A stretch of 64,000 bases of DNA from Bacillota bacterium. GTDB taxonomy: Bacteria; Bacillota; Clostridia; Lutisporales; Lutisporaceae. Both the position numbers and the translations under genes were made by a program. The notes under the pieces were generated by a model, which was not told where the DNA came from, did not search any database, and was given only the letters and a program-made list of their open reading frames with translations. The first letter of the stretch is position 1. Each line of letters starts with the position of its first letter. The DNA is taken from assembly GCA_023230985.1 (NCBI GenBank), contig JALNWH010000001.1, positions 2,397 through 66,396 of the forward strand. The letters run 5' to 3'. Positions 9,045 through 17,698 of the stretch are shown here, in pieces.

Positions 9045-10448
9045 TCAATTGCTGTCACAATTACCTTTTGATAAACAGGGCTCCAGCTTTCCGTTTTCTA
9101 TATGTTGTCTATCCAAGTTACTTAATTCTCTGCCTAAAAAAATCGCTGTCATAATTGATGAAGTCAAATCCGAAACGGGGCCGGCTGTTAACAACCCGTT
9201 TAGCCCCATAAATTTAGGTAATATAATCACTAAAGGTATAAGTATCAGTACTTGTCTGGATAAGCTTAAAAATAAGGAATGCTTTGGTTTACCCACAGCC
9301 TGAAAATATGCAGAACTTACAACTTGAAATCCTATAATAGGCATAAAGGTTAAAAATCTTTTTAATCCAAAGGCTCCGAATTCAACCAGTTCCGGATCGT
9401 CATTAAATATCTCAATTATTTGCCTAGGAAATAGTCTTGTCAAAATAAAACCTAAAAGAACTACCACAGAAGCCGCTATAATTGCTAATTTCAAAGTTTT
9501 CTTCACCCTGCTAAATTTTTTGGCGCCATAATTAAACCCTATTATCGGTTGTGCACCTTGATTTATTCCAAATACAGTCATCATAAACATCATAGCAACA
9601 TTGTTTATAATCGCCATGCCGGAAACAGCTATATCTCCCCCATAATAGCTAAGGCTGTTGTTTAAAATAACAACCAATACACCCCCGGCTATTTGCATGG
9701 AAAATGGTGCAAGACCAATAGATACTATTGATTTTATTATATCAAATCTGATCTTTAAATTAGCCTTTTTAATCTTTAATAAACTGTTGCCGTATAAAAA
9801 ATAATGAAGCACCCAAGCTGATGATATGGCTATGGATAATACGGTTGCATAAGCAGCCCCTTTTATGCCCCAATTAAAAACAAAAATAAAGATTGGATCC
9901 AAAATAGTATTAAGTATAGCGCCAACAAGCATGGTTACCATCGCCATCTTTGGGTTGCCTTCTCCTCTAATAAAATTATTCATGCCCATTCCTATAACTT
10001 GAAATACAGCACCATATAATATGATACTGAAATAATCCCTTGCATAAGGATATACATTTTCACTGGCGCCAAACATTTTTAAAAGCGGTTCTAAAAATAT
10101 AAAACCTAATATGGACAAAATTATAGCGGTAATAATCATAATGGACATAGCGTTTGCCATGATAAGTTCAGCTTCATCTTTCTTTTTCTGACCTAATCTT
10201 ATAGAAATCAAAGAATTTGCACCTATACCGAACAACATGGAAAAAGCCATATTTACCAACATTATGGGAAACCCTATTCTGACACCGGCAATTCCTAAAG
10301 GCCCTACCCCTTTACCGATAAAAATCATATCAACCAAATTATATAAAGCATTTACCAGCATTCCTACTATTGCAGGTATTGAAAACCTTAATAAAAGTTT
10401 AGATATTTCGCTTTCACCAAGTAACTTTTCTCTCTCTACTATCTGCAT
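9045..10448 (-). CDS. MATE family efflux transporter
   Basis: The 467-aa protein is polytopic with about 12 hydrophobic segments. The N-terminus ...LLRFSIPAIVGMLVNALYNLVDMIFIGKGVG is typical of MATE/NorM. Confidence 0.9.
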   Translation of the reverse strand: MQIVEREKLLGESEISKLLLRFSIPAIVGMLVNALYNLVDMIFIGKGVGPLGIAGVRIGFPIMLVNMAFSMLFGIGANSLISIRLGQKKKDEAELIMANAMSIMIITAIILSILGFIFLEPLLKMFGASENVYPYARDYFSIILYGAVFQVIGMGMNNFIRGEGNPKMAMVTMLVGAILNTILDPIFIFVFNWGIKGAAYATVLSIAISSAWVLHYFLYGNSLLKIKKANLKIRFDIIKSIVSIGLAPFSMQIAGGVLVVILNNSLSYYGGDIAVSGMAIINNVAMMFMMTVFGINQGAQPIIGFNYGAKKFSRVKKTLKLAIIAASVVVLLGFILTRLFPRQIIEIFNDDPELVEFGAFGLKRFLTFMPIIGFQVVSSAYFQAVGKPKHSLFLSLSRQVLILIPLVIILPKFMGLNGLLTAGPVSDLTSSIMTAIFLGRELSNLDRQHIENGKLEPCLSKGNCDSN

Positions 10449-10484
10449 AATACATCTCCTGTCATATCTACATTTACTAAAAAT

Positions 10485-10811
10485 TTAGACAATAAACTTT
10501 TCCAGTGCTTTCCTAACACTGTTTGCAAAACTTTCTGCTGCTCCCCAATCAAAATTAAACAGCCAGCCTTTTGAACTCCCTGCGGCAATTACTCTCAGTG
10601 ATGTAATGCCATCAAAATTATCTATTATAATAGTTAAAGCTGCTCTGTTTTCCGCTCTGAAATAATATTTTTCAAACACCATTACAACAAATTGCTTACC
10701 ATCATCAATATTTTTTATTTCTCTATGCACCAATTCAGCATTTACTTCATCATTTAAAATATTGTAGGTTTCTATCGGGCTAATATTCACAGTAAATTCT
10801 AATATTGCCAT
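10485..10811 (-). CDS. Hypothetical 108-aa protein, translationally coupled to buk
   Basis: Its ATG overlaps the buk stop codon (TAATG at 10813-10809). I recognise no motif in it. Confidence 0.6.
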   Translation of the reverse strand: MAILEFTVNISPIETYNILNDEVNAELVHREIKNIDDGKQFVVMVFEKYYFRAENRAALTIIIDNFDGITSLRVIAAGSSKGWLFNFDWGAAESFANSVRKALEKFIV

Positions 10812-11884
10812 TATTTAATCTCCCTGTATTCTTTAGCTATTTCTTCACCTTTTAAAACCCTTAAAGTTCCAAAAGCCAAAGCCTCCATCTCATTTTCGCC
10901 GGCCATAATTATCACCGGTGCAATAAATTCAACTCTCTCTTTAATAAAATTTGCCACCATTTTTGAATAAGCAATACCGCCGGTTAGTACTATAGCATCT
11001 ACCTTGCCCTTTACAACCGTTGCTAATTCGCCAATACCTTTAGCAATCTGATAAGTCATTGCCTCATATACCAATTTTGCTTTTGCATTTCCCTCTTCAA
11101 TCATTTCTTCTACTTCTATTGCATCATGAGTGCCTAAATGAGCCTTTAATCCCGCATTACCTCTCATTTTTCTGGTTACTTCATTTTTATTATATTTACC
11201 GGAAAAACATATATTTATAAGCTCTTTGCCGGGTATCCTACCGGCTCTTTCCGGTGCAAAAGGCCCTTCGTCATCAGCAAGCATATCAATAATTCTACCT
11301 CCGCTATGCATAGCAATAGATATTCCTCCGCCAATATGTGCAACTACAAAATTGACGTCTTCATATTTCTTATTAAGCTTTTTTGCAGTTTTCATTGCTG
11401 TTGCTCTGGAATTTAATACATGATTAAAACTTACTCTTTTTACCTCCGGTATACCGGTTATTCTGGCTATATCCGATAGTTGGTCTACCGTCACAGGATC
11501 ATATATGCAAGATAATATTCCCAAGGGTTTTGCTATCTCATAAGCAATAGGTGCGCCAAGGTTGGAAGCATGCTCCAACACCGGATTATGTTTTAATCTG
11601 TTAACCATTTCTTCATTAATTTCATAAGCCCCGGCTTCGACAGGTGGAAGCATGCCGCCCCTGCCGACTACTGCTGATAATTCTTTTAAATCCACCCCTT
11701 CTTTATTCAAATATTTTAAGATTTCATCTTTCCTATATTCATATTGATCAATTGTCTTTTCAAATTTACCTAATTCTTCCGTCGGATGATTAATGGTATC
11801 ATAAAGAATTCTTTCTTCATCTACATATAGTGCAATCTTTGTAGATGTAGAACCGGGGTTTATTGCTAGTATTTTGTAACCCAA
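10811..11884 (-). CDS. buk: Butyrate kinase (ASKHA family)
   Basis: The protein reads ILAINPGSTSTKIALY...HASNLGA...VAHIGGGISI...VLTGGIAYS. It uses a TTG start with AAGGAGG 7 nt upstream. Confidence 0.9.
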   Translation of the reverse strand: MGYKILAINPGSTSTKIALYVDEERILYDTINHPTEELGKFEKTIDQYEYRKDEILKYLNKEGVDLKELSAVVGRGGMLPPVEAGAYEINEEMVNRLKHNPVLEHASNLGAPIAYEIAKPLGILSCIYDPVTVDQLSDIARITGIPEVKRVSFNHVLNSRATAMKTAKKLNKKYEDVNFVVAHIGGGISIAMHSGGRIIDMLADDEGPFAPERAGRIPGKELINICFSGKYNKNEVTRKMRGNAGLKAHLGTHDAIEVEEMIEEGNAKAKLVYEAMTYQIAKGIGELATVVKGKVDAIVLTGGIAYSKMVANFIKERVEFIAPVIIMAGENEMEALAFGTLRVLKGEEIAKEYREIK

Positions 11885-11907
11885 TTTATAACCTCCTTAG
11901 AAAATAA

Positions 11908-11939
11908 TGCTTTTTATATTATAACATATATAAAAAGCA
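11908..11939 (-). terminator. AT-rich hairpin between the threonine dehydratase gene and buk, probably a terminator or attenuator
   Basis: A perfect 11-bp stem TGCTTTTTATA/TATAAAAAGCA closes a 10-nt loop. On the minus strand it is followed by TTATTTTC. The loop contains TGTTATAAT on the minus strand. Confidence 0.45.
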
Positions 11940-12033
11940 GATTAATAAAAAAGTAATTTACCGGAAGTAATTATTCTATAAGTAATAACAAATATATCAT
12001 TTATATTCTTTCTAAAATTATTGCCTAATGCTT

Positions 12034-12996
12034 TTAAACACAAGTAAGATGGTAAAGCCTATTCATATCAATATTACCTCCGCTTACTAACGATACGATT
12101 TTTTTACCTTTACGCCAATCACTTTTTATTGCCGCTGCAACACTAACAGCTCCTGAAGGTTCCGGAACAGTTTTAAAATACTCAATACATGCAATCATAG
12201 CGCTTGAAATTTCTAATTCGCTAACTGTCTCTATATCATCTACAAATTTTTTAACTAAAGGAAAAGTCATAGAACCCGGTTCCAAAGAAAGCAACCCGTC
12301 GGCAATAGAATCGGTTTTATCTAGTCGTACAATCTCCCCTTTTCGTATTGATACGCTCATAGAATTGCTTTCTTCCGGTTCACCGCCTATGACTTTTACC
12401 TGAGGTTTTATATTTTTTATATAAGTAGCGATACCGGAGATTAGCCCGCCACCACCTATTGGAATAAAAACTGCCTCTACATCCGGCACTTGTTCCAATA
12501 TTTCTTTGCCTATAGTTCCTTGCCCGGCTATAACATTATAATGGTCATAAGGCGGTATTTCAAAATAGCCTTCCTGTTCTGCAATTTGCTTTGAACGGTT
12601 CAGTCTTTGTTGGGAAGTAGTGCCGCAGAATTCTATTTTAGCGCCCCAACGAGAAACCGCCTTTATTTTAGCCTCAGGTGCAGTTTCCGGCATAACTATA
12701 ATAGCCGGTATTCTTAAACGATAAGCTACATAAGCCACAGCCTGGCCATGATTTCCAGATGAAGCGGTTACAACACCTTTTAAACCCTTAGAAGACTCTA
12801 ATTCTTTTAAAATGCAATTACTTGCACCTCTTATTTTAAAAGAATTAGTAGTCTGAAAATTTTCGGCCTTTAGCATTAATTTAAAACCAAAGTCTTTGGC
12901 TGCTGCTTCCGAGTACAATATAGGGGTGTACTTCGCATAGCACTTAATATTATCATGAGCTTCCTTAACTTGTTCTATTTTTAGCAAACTATTCAA
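12034..12996 (-). CDS. PLP-dependent threonine/serine dehydratase, short form without an ACT regulatory domain
   Basis: It has the lysine motif SFKIRGA, GNHGQAVA and the glycine loop IPIGGGGLISG. The start may instead be the in-frame TTG at 12987, which lies 9 nt after GGAG. Confidence 0.8.
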   Translation of the reverse strand: MNSLLKIEQVKEAHDNIKCYAKYTPILYSEAAAKDFGFKLMLKAENFQTTNSFKIRGASNCILKELESSKGLKGVVTASSGNHGQAVAYVAYRLRIPAIIVMPETAPEAKIKAVSRWGAKIEFCGTTSQQRLNRSKQIAEQEGYFEIPPYDHYNVIAGQGTIGKEILEQVPDVEAVFIPIGGGGLISGIATYIKNIKPQVKVIGGEPEESNSMSVSIRKGEIVRLDKTDSIADGLLSLEPGSMTFPLVKKFVDDIETVSELEISSAMIACIEYFKTVPEPSGAVSVAAAIKSDWRKGKKIVSLVSGGNIDMNRLYHLTCV

Positions 12997-13100
12997 CTCC
13001 TTTCCATTAATAATATACTTGGAACGTCTCGTTCAATATACTTTTAGATTAACATAAACAAAATTTCTTATCTATATTTACTTAGAATGAAACAAATACA

Positions 13101-13140
13101 AAAGCCTGAATATGAACAAATAAACATTAATTCAGGCTTT
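13101..13140 (-). terminator. Possible terminator downstream of tRNA-Ala
   Basis: A 10-bp stem AAAGCCTGAA/TTCAGGCTTT closes a 20-nt loop. On the minus strand it is followed by TGTATTTGTTTC. Confidence 0.35.
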
Positions 13141-13195
13141 TACGATAATAAAATACTACTTTCGTTATTATATTATACATTTGATTAATCTGATA

Positions 13196-13271
13196 TGGTG
13201 GAGAATAGGGGACTTGAACCCCTGACCTCTTGACTGCCAGTCAAGCGCTCTCCCAACTGAGCTAATCCCCC
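13196..13271 (-). tRNA. tRNA-Ala (anticodon GGC), with encoded CCA
   Basis: The hand-folded cloverleaf is GGGGGAT/ATTCTCC acceptor with the G3:U70 alanine identity pair, GCTC/GAGC D stem, CTTGA/TCAAG anticodon stem, loop CTGGCAG, AGGGG/CCCCT T stem, TTCAAGT loop, discriminator A and CCA. Total length is 76 nt. Confidence 0.9.
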
Positions 13272-13293
13272 GTAGTTAAAGCTTTGATGATAA

Positions 13294-13323
13294 ACTATAC
13301 TATAATAACTATTGTCAGGTCAA
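13294..13323 (-). promoter_or_regulatory. Candidate promoter for tRNA-Ala
   Basis: The minus strand reads TTGACC, an 18-nt spacer, then TATAGT, ending about 22 nt upstream of the mature tRNA 5' end. Confidence 0.35.
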
Positions 13324-13704
13324 TAAAGATAATTTTTACACTACCAACTTGTCTTGACAATTACTATAATAGAATATACGAGGTTATTTTTCAACTACTT
13401 TTCATTTTTATTTGTACATCTTTAAAAAATACTCTAAAATTATAATAGTTTAGTCTTTAGATTAACAATAATCAACTATTAATTTGTACTATAATATAAA
13501 TGATTGATTTTAAATAATTTAAATTTAAACACAATGAAAATGTTACAGTTTTAATATAAATATACATTACTATATATTTAACAATTTAAAATTTCAGATT
13601 CTCCTACGATTAATAAGTTTTTACAAAAATTTTGCGACTTAATCTATACCATTAAGAATTACTAGATTTATTAATATAGAAATATTATTAGGTAGGTGCT
13701 TTAA

Positions 13705-14376
13705 ATGAGAATACTTATTGTAGATGATGAACAGGCTATCGTAGATTTAATAAAGCTTAATTTAGAACTGGAAGGCTTCGAAACAATAACATCAAATAAC
13801 GGTTTTGAAGCTATAAAAGCTGCACAATTGCAAAAACCGGATTTAATCCTGCTAGATATAATGATGCCCGGAATGACAGGATTTGAAGCGTGTAAATCCT
13901 TACAAAACCTTAACATACCTATAATACTTCTCACAGCCAAAGATTCAATTCAAGATAAGCTAAAGGGCTTAGAACTTGGTGCTGATGATTATATAACAAA
14001 ACCTTTTGATAGCAGAGAATTAATTGCACGAATTAAAACTGTATTAAGGCGAGTTGATAAATATAGCAGTAAGGATGAAGATACTGTTGCTGCCGGGCCT
14101 ATATGTATGAATCCCACTGAAAGAATAGCGCTTATTGATGACAATGAAGTTTTTCTGACACCAAAAGAATTCGATTTGCTGCTTTTATTTATTGAAAATC
14201 AAAAAAAGGTTTTTTCGAGAGAAAACATACTGGAATCCGTATGGGGTTTTGAATACATGGGTGATAGCCGCACTGTGGACATGCATATACAACGGTTGAG
14301 AAGAAAACTGGGTGATTATAGTTCTTATATAAAAACTGTCTTTACAATAGGTTATAAATTTGAGGTGTCGCAATGA
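13705..14376 (+). CDS. OmpR-family response regulator
   Basis: The receiver domain reads MRILIVDDE...LLDIMMPGMTGFE...LTAK, followed by a winged-helix domain ...LTPKEFDLLLLFIENQKKVFSRENIL...VDMHIQRLRRKL. Confidence 0.9.
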   Translation: MRILIVDDEQAIVDLIKLNLELEGFETITSNNGFEAIKAAQLQKPDLILLDIMMPGMTGFEACKSLQNLNIPIILLTAKDSIQDKLKGLELGADDYITKPFDSRELIARIKTVLRRVDKYSSKDEDTVAAGPICMNPTERIALIDDNEVFLTPKEFDLLLLFIENQKKVFSRENILESVWGFEYMGDSRTVDMHIQRLRRKLGDYSSYIKTVFTIGYKFEVSQ

Positions 14377-15776
14377 ATTTAAAAAGCAAAATAACTGCTT
14401 TAAATATCGCTGCTTTATTAATAATGTTAATAATTTTAGTACCTGTAATAACTAAAATTTCTGATAATTACAATTTATCTACTATTTTGAATTACCTTCA
14501 AAGCCAAGGAGAATATGCAACAATCTATGTTGAGCAATATTCATTAAACAAGGCTAAAAATATATTTGAGGTTCCAATGGTAATGGATAGTGATTCGCCT
14601 TATTTGACCTCCTATTTGAAAAGAACGATAAAATGTAGAGTGCAAATTTTTTATAACAATAGGTTATTAGGTGATTCAGAAGAGATACCTGATGAAAGCA
14701 GAACAATAAGGCCTGAGGTTCAAGAAGCATTCAAAGGAAACAGTGCCTATTTTATAAAAAGTGGAAAGCCCAGAACTCTTTATATGGCTATGCCTATAAA
14801 TATATCCGGTAGGTACAGCTATTCTCTTGCATTTATTTATGACCTTGCAGAAGAAGATAAAATGAAAAGCAATAATATAAATATTTTTATTATAACAAGC
14901 TTGCTTGCTGCTACCTTTTCAGCTATACTAAGTATCTTTATTTCAAACAGAATAATTGCCCCAGTAAAAAACTTATCGGAAATAACCAAAAAATTTTCCA
15001 AAGGTGATTTATACCCTCGTGTTAAAGTTAAAGATAATGATGAAGTAGGAGAATTAGCGCATAATTTCAATTCTATGGCAGATAGCATACAAGATATGAT
15101 ATATAAATTAAAAGACGAACAAAATAAACAAAAAAACTTTTTCGATAATTTTACCCACGAAATAAGAACTCCTCTTACCACTATACTGGGCTATGCTGAA
15201 TTGCTATGGAAAACTGATAATACAGAAGTAAAGGATAAAAGCTTGTTCCATATAACAAGTGAAGGACAACGGTTGCTTAAAATGATTGAAAGTCTTTTGG
15301 AATTATCAAGACTAAAACGATACGATTTTTTAATAAATAAATCAGAGGTCAATTTAAAAGAATTATTGGAAGAAGTATGTGACTCTATGCATTATAAAGC
15401 AAGACGCTATAATATAAAGTTAAATCTTCAACTTGATGAAGCTTCATATTTCATAGATCAGGATTTATTTAAGCAAGTAATTATAAATATTTTAGATAAT
15501 AGCATTAAATACAGTAAAACAGATAATATTGATATTATATTGAAAAAATCTGATAATATAAAATTAACTATTAAAGATTATGGTATAGGTATTGATGAGG
15601 AAACTTTAAAGAATATATATGAACCTTATTATAAAGGTGATTTGTCAAGAAGCAGCAAAATTGAAGGTTGGGGTTTAGGGCTTTCAATTGTTAGGGAAAT
15701 AATTGAAAAACATGACGGTAACGTGAAAATAAATAGTAGCCGTGAAAACGGCACAGAAGTAATTATCACTTTATAA
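14373..15776 (+). CDS. Sensor histidine kinase: 2 TM helices, extracytoplasmic domain of about 150 aa, HAMP, HisKA and HATPase_c
   Basis: The start overlaps the regulator stop (ATGA). It has the H-box FTHEIRTPLTTILGYAELL, an N-box ILDNSIKYS, a G-box KDYGIGI and GWGLGLSIV. Confidence 0.9.
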   Translation: MNLKSKITALNIAALLIMLIILVPVITKISDNYNLSTILNYLQSQGEYATIYVEQYSLNKAKNIFEVPMVMDSDSPYLTSYLKRTIKCRVQIFYNNRLLGDSEEIPDESRTIRPEVQEAFKGNSAYFIKSGKPRTLYMAMPINISGRYSYSLAFIYDLAEEDKMKSNNINIFIITSLLAATFSAILSIFISNRIIAPVKNLSEITKKFSKGDLYPRVKVKDNDEVGELAHNFNSMADSIQDMIYKLKDEQNKQKNFFDNFTHEIRTPLTTILGYAELLWKTDNTEVKDKSLFHITSEGQRLLKMIESLLELSRLKRYDFLINKSEVNLKELLEEVCDSMHYKARRYNIKLNLQLDEASYFIDQDLFKQVIINILDNSIKYSKTDNIDIILKKSDNIKLTIKDYGIGIDEETLKNIYEPYYKGDLSRSSKIEGWGLGLSIVREIIEKHDGNVKINSSRENGTEVIITL

Positions 15777-15813
15777 ACATTTATAAAGGCTTTCCATTCA
15801 AGGAGGTATCGTA

Positions 15814-17667
15814 TTGAAGAAATTTATTTTACTTATACTATGTCTTACATTTTTAATATCCGGTTGCTCAATAAAAGAAAACAAGTTAGTGATTTTAGAT
15901 AATCATAATGAAAGCAATAATAAACCCTCAGGTATAGAAAACTGGCAATTTGAAGCAACCTCTCAAAAGGATATAATTGATAAGAATAAAGAACTGCTTA
16001 AAAAAATAGATGATAGCCTGATGCCAATAATTGTATCAAAAGATTATACTTCCGTGTTTGCTATTAAAAACCTGATTGATCAAAAATCTGATGAATTAAA
16101 TAGTAAAGTAATTACCGGTAACATGATTCAACAGATTGAGTTGTTTTTTATAAGGCCTTCTACGGGAACAAAAAAGAACTTAGGAAAGTTTCTTACAATA
16201 AAAGACTTCCAATTTGATGAAGAAGGAAATCAGTTAGCTTTTATTGACGGTGAGGATAATGTATTTATTTATAATATAGAAAATGAGCAACTAAAAAAAG
16301 TATTAACAAAATATAAATATAGAAATTTTAGCAGTATAAGCTGGTCTGTGGACGGTAAAAGATTAATGCTGGATTCTCGTATGGTTTTTGATATTGCATC
16401 TAAAGAATTTATCTCAATTGCAACTGATAGTTATACACCGTTTATTAAAAAGCATTACAATGACAATACTTATATTGTTGAAATGAAAAACGATAAGTAT
16501 GATAATATCGTTGCACTATACAACCTTGATAATAGGTCCTATACTCAAGTTGCAGATGGACAATATATGGACTCTGATAATACAAGCATATTGTATACCA
16601 CAGACTATTTACAAGGACTGCAAATTGTCAATTTAAAAACTTTTGAAAGCAAAGAAATTGAAAAAGGCCCTGTTTACCGAGCTAATATCTTAAAATCCAC
16701 CGGCGATATAATCTACACTACTACAAATCCTTTTTTTGAAGATGATAATAGATATCTTTTAGTTACTATAAATCCTGAAACCATGAGTAAAAGAGTTCAA
16801 CGTTTATGCACTCCCACATATTATTTAAGCCCCGCAGAAGATAAACTGTTTTTTATTAGTAATTTTAGCGAGAATGAAATAAGCTATAATCTGATAAATG
16901 ACAGTCCTGAGCTAAATATAGTAAAAAAAGAAGATAGTGACCTTTCAAAAATAAAATCAATAGTGTTAAAAATGTTCCAATTGGATTACAATTTTTCCGG
17001 TTCCTATGAAGAATACGAAAAAGAAGCTAAAAAATTATATGCTAATATTTCTTACCCCGTGCCTCAAGAAGCTTTAAATAATAAGCTTACTGATTTCAAA
17101 AGATTTAATATGCCATTACCGGGTATACAAAAAGAACCTTATATACCTCCTACTTTATATTTTGATAGCATAATTATAAAAAATAGCTATGCATCAATAA
17201 ATATAGGACGTTTTTTTATCAATGCAATGGAACTGGTAAAAATCGATGATGATTGGTTTATTGTTGGCTTTTCAACTCACCCTGAATCCCAAGAAGTACA
17301 AGAAATAAGAAATATAGTACAAAGCCATATAAAAGACATTTTAGAAGGGGAAGAAGCAAAAGCTTTACGTTATTGGACATCAGATGAAGATAATGAATTT
17401 AATAAAAACAATTGTAAAATAGTAAAAAACCTGATAAATATAAAAGACAAAATAAAAACTGAGATAGGAGAAATAGAACTATGGGCCATGAGTGATCCCC
17501 ATAGAGCTGAATCTCCGGCTTCGGCAACAGAAGCTCGAGTTAAAATAACTGTGGAATATGATAACAATATTAATAAATACAAAGTTACCTTATCAAGAAA
17601 ATATCAAGAGGAATTTACAATAACATCATGGGATACTGATCCTTTAAGTGTTTCTCAATTACATTAA
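15814..17667 (+). CDS. Large lipoprotein of unknown function, third gene of the two-component operon
   Basis: It uses a TTG start with AAGGAGG 6 nt upstream. The lipobox is LTFLISGC. One segment, SSISWSVDGKRLML, resembles a PD40/TolB-type beta-propeller blade. The C-terminal ~170 aa are unassigned. Confidence 0.7.
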   Translation: MKKFILLILCLTFLISGCSIKENKLVILDNHNESNNKPSGIENWQFEATSQKDIIDKNKELLKKIDDSLMPIIVSKDYTSVFAIKNLIDQKSDELNSKVITGNMIQQIELFFIRPSTGTKKNLGKFLTIKDFQFDEEGNQLAFIDGEDNVFIYNIENEQLKKVLTKYKYRNFSSISWSVDGKRLMLDSRMVFDIASKEFISIATDSYTPFIKKHYNDNTYIVEMKNDKYDNIVALYNLDNRSYTQVADGQYMDSDNTSILYTTDYLQGLQIVNLKTFESKEIEKGPVYRANILKSTGDIIYTTTNPFFEDDNRYLLVTINPETMSKRVQRLCTPTYYLSPAEDKLFFISNFSENEISYNLINDSPELNIVKKEDSDLSKIKSIVLKMFQLDYNFSGSYEEYEKEAKKLYANISYPVPQEALNNKLTDFKRFNMPLPGIQKEPYIPPTLYFDSIIIKNSYASINIGRFFINAMELVKIDDDWFIVGFSTHPESQEVQEIRNIVQSHIKDILEGEEAKALRYWTSDEDNEFNKNNCKIVKNLINIKDKIKTEIGEIELWAMSDPHRAESPASATEARVKITVEYDNNINKYKVTLSRKYQEEFTITSWDTDPLSVSQLH

Positions 17668-17673
17668 ACCTAT

Positions 17674-17698
17674 GGTCTCATCATGCTATGATGAGACC
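17674..17698 (+). terminator. Terminator of the two-component/lipoprotein operon, overlapping the 3' end of convergent cphA
   Basis: A perfect 11-bp stem GGTCTCATCAT/ATGATGAGACC closes a GCT loop and is followed by TGTTTTAT. The hairpin encodes the last cphA codons on the other strand. Confidence 0.7.

Noticed and set aside
13491-13565. A repeated TAATATAAAT 10-mer about 60 bp apart upstream of the response-regulator gene, a possible regulator binding site.
   Set aside because: The spacer is extremely AT-rich, so such matches are expected by chance. There is no third copy at helical phasing.
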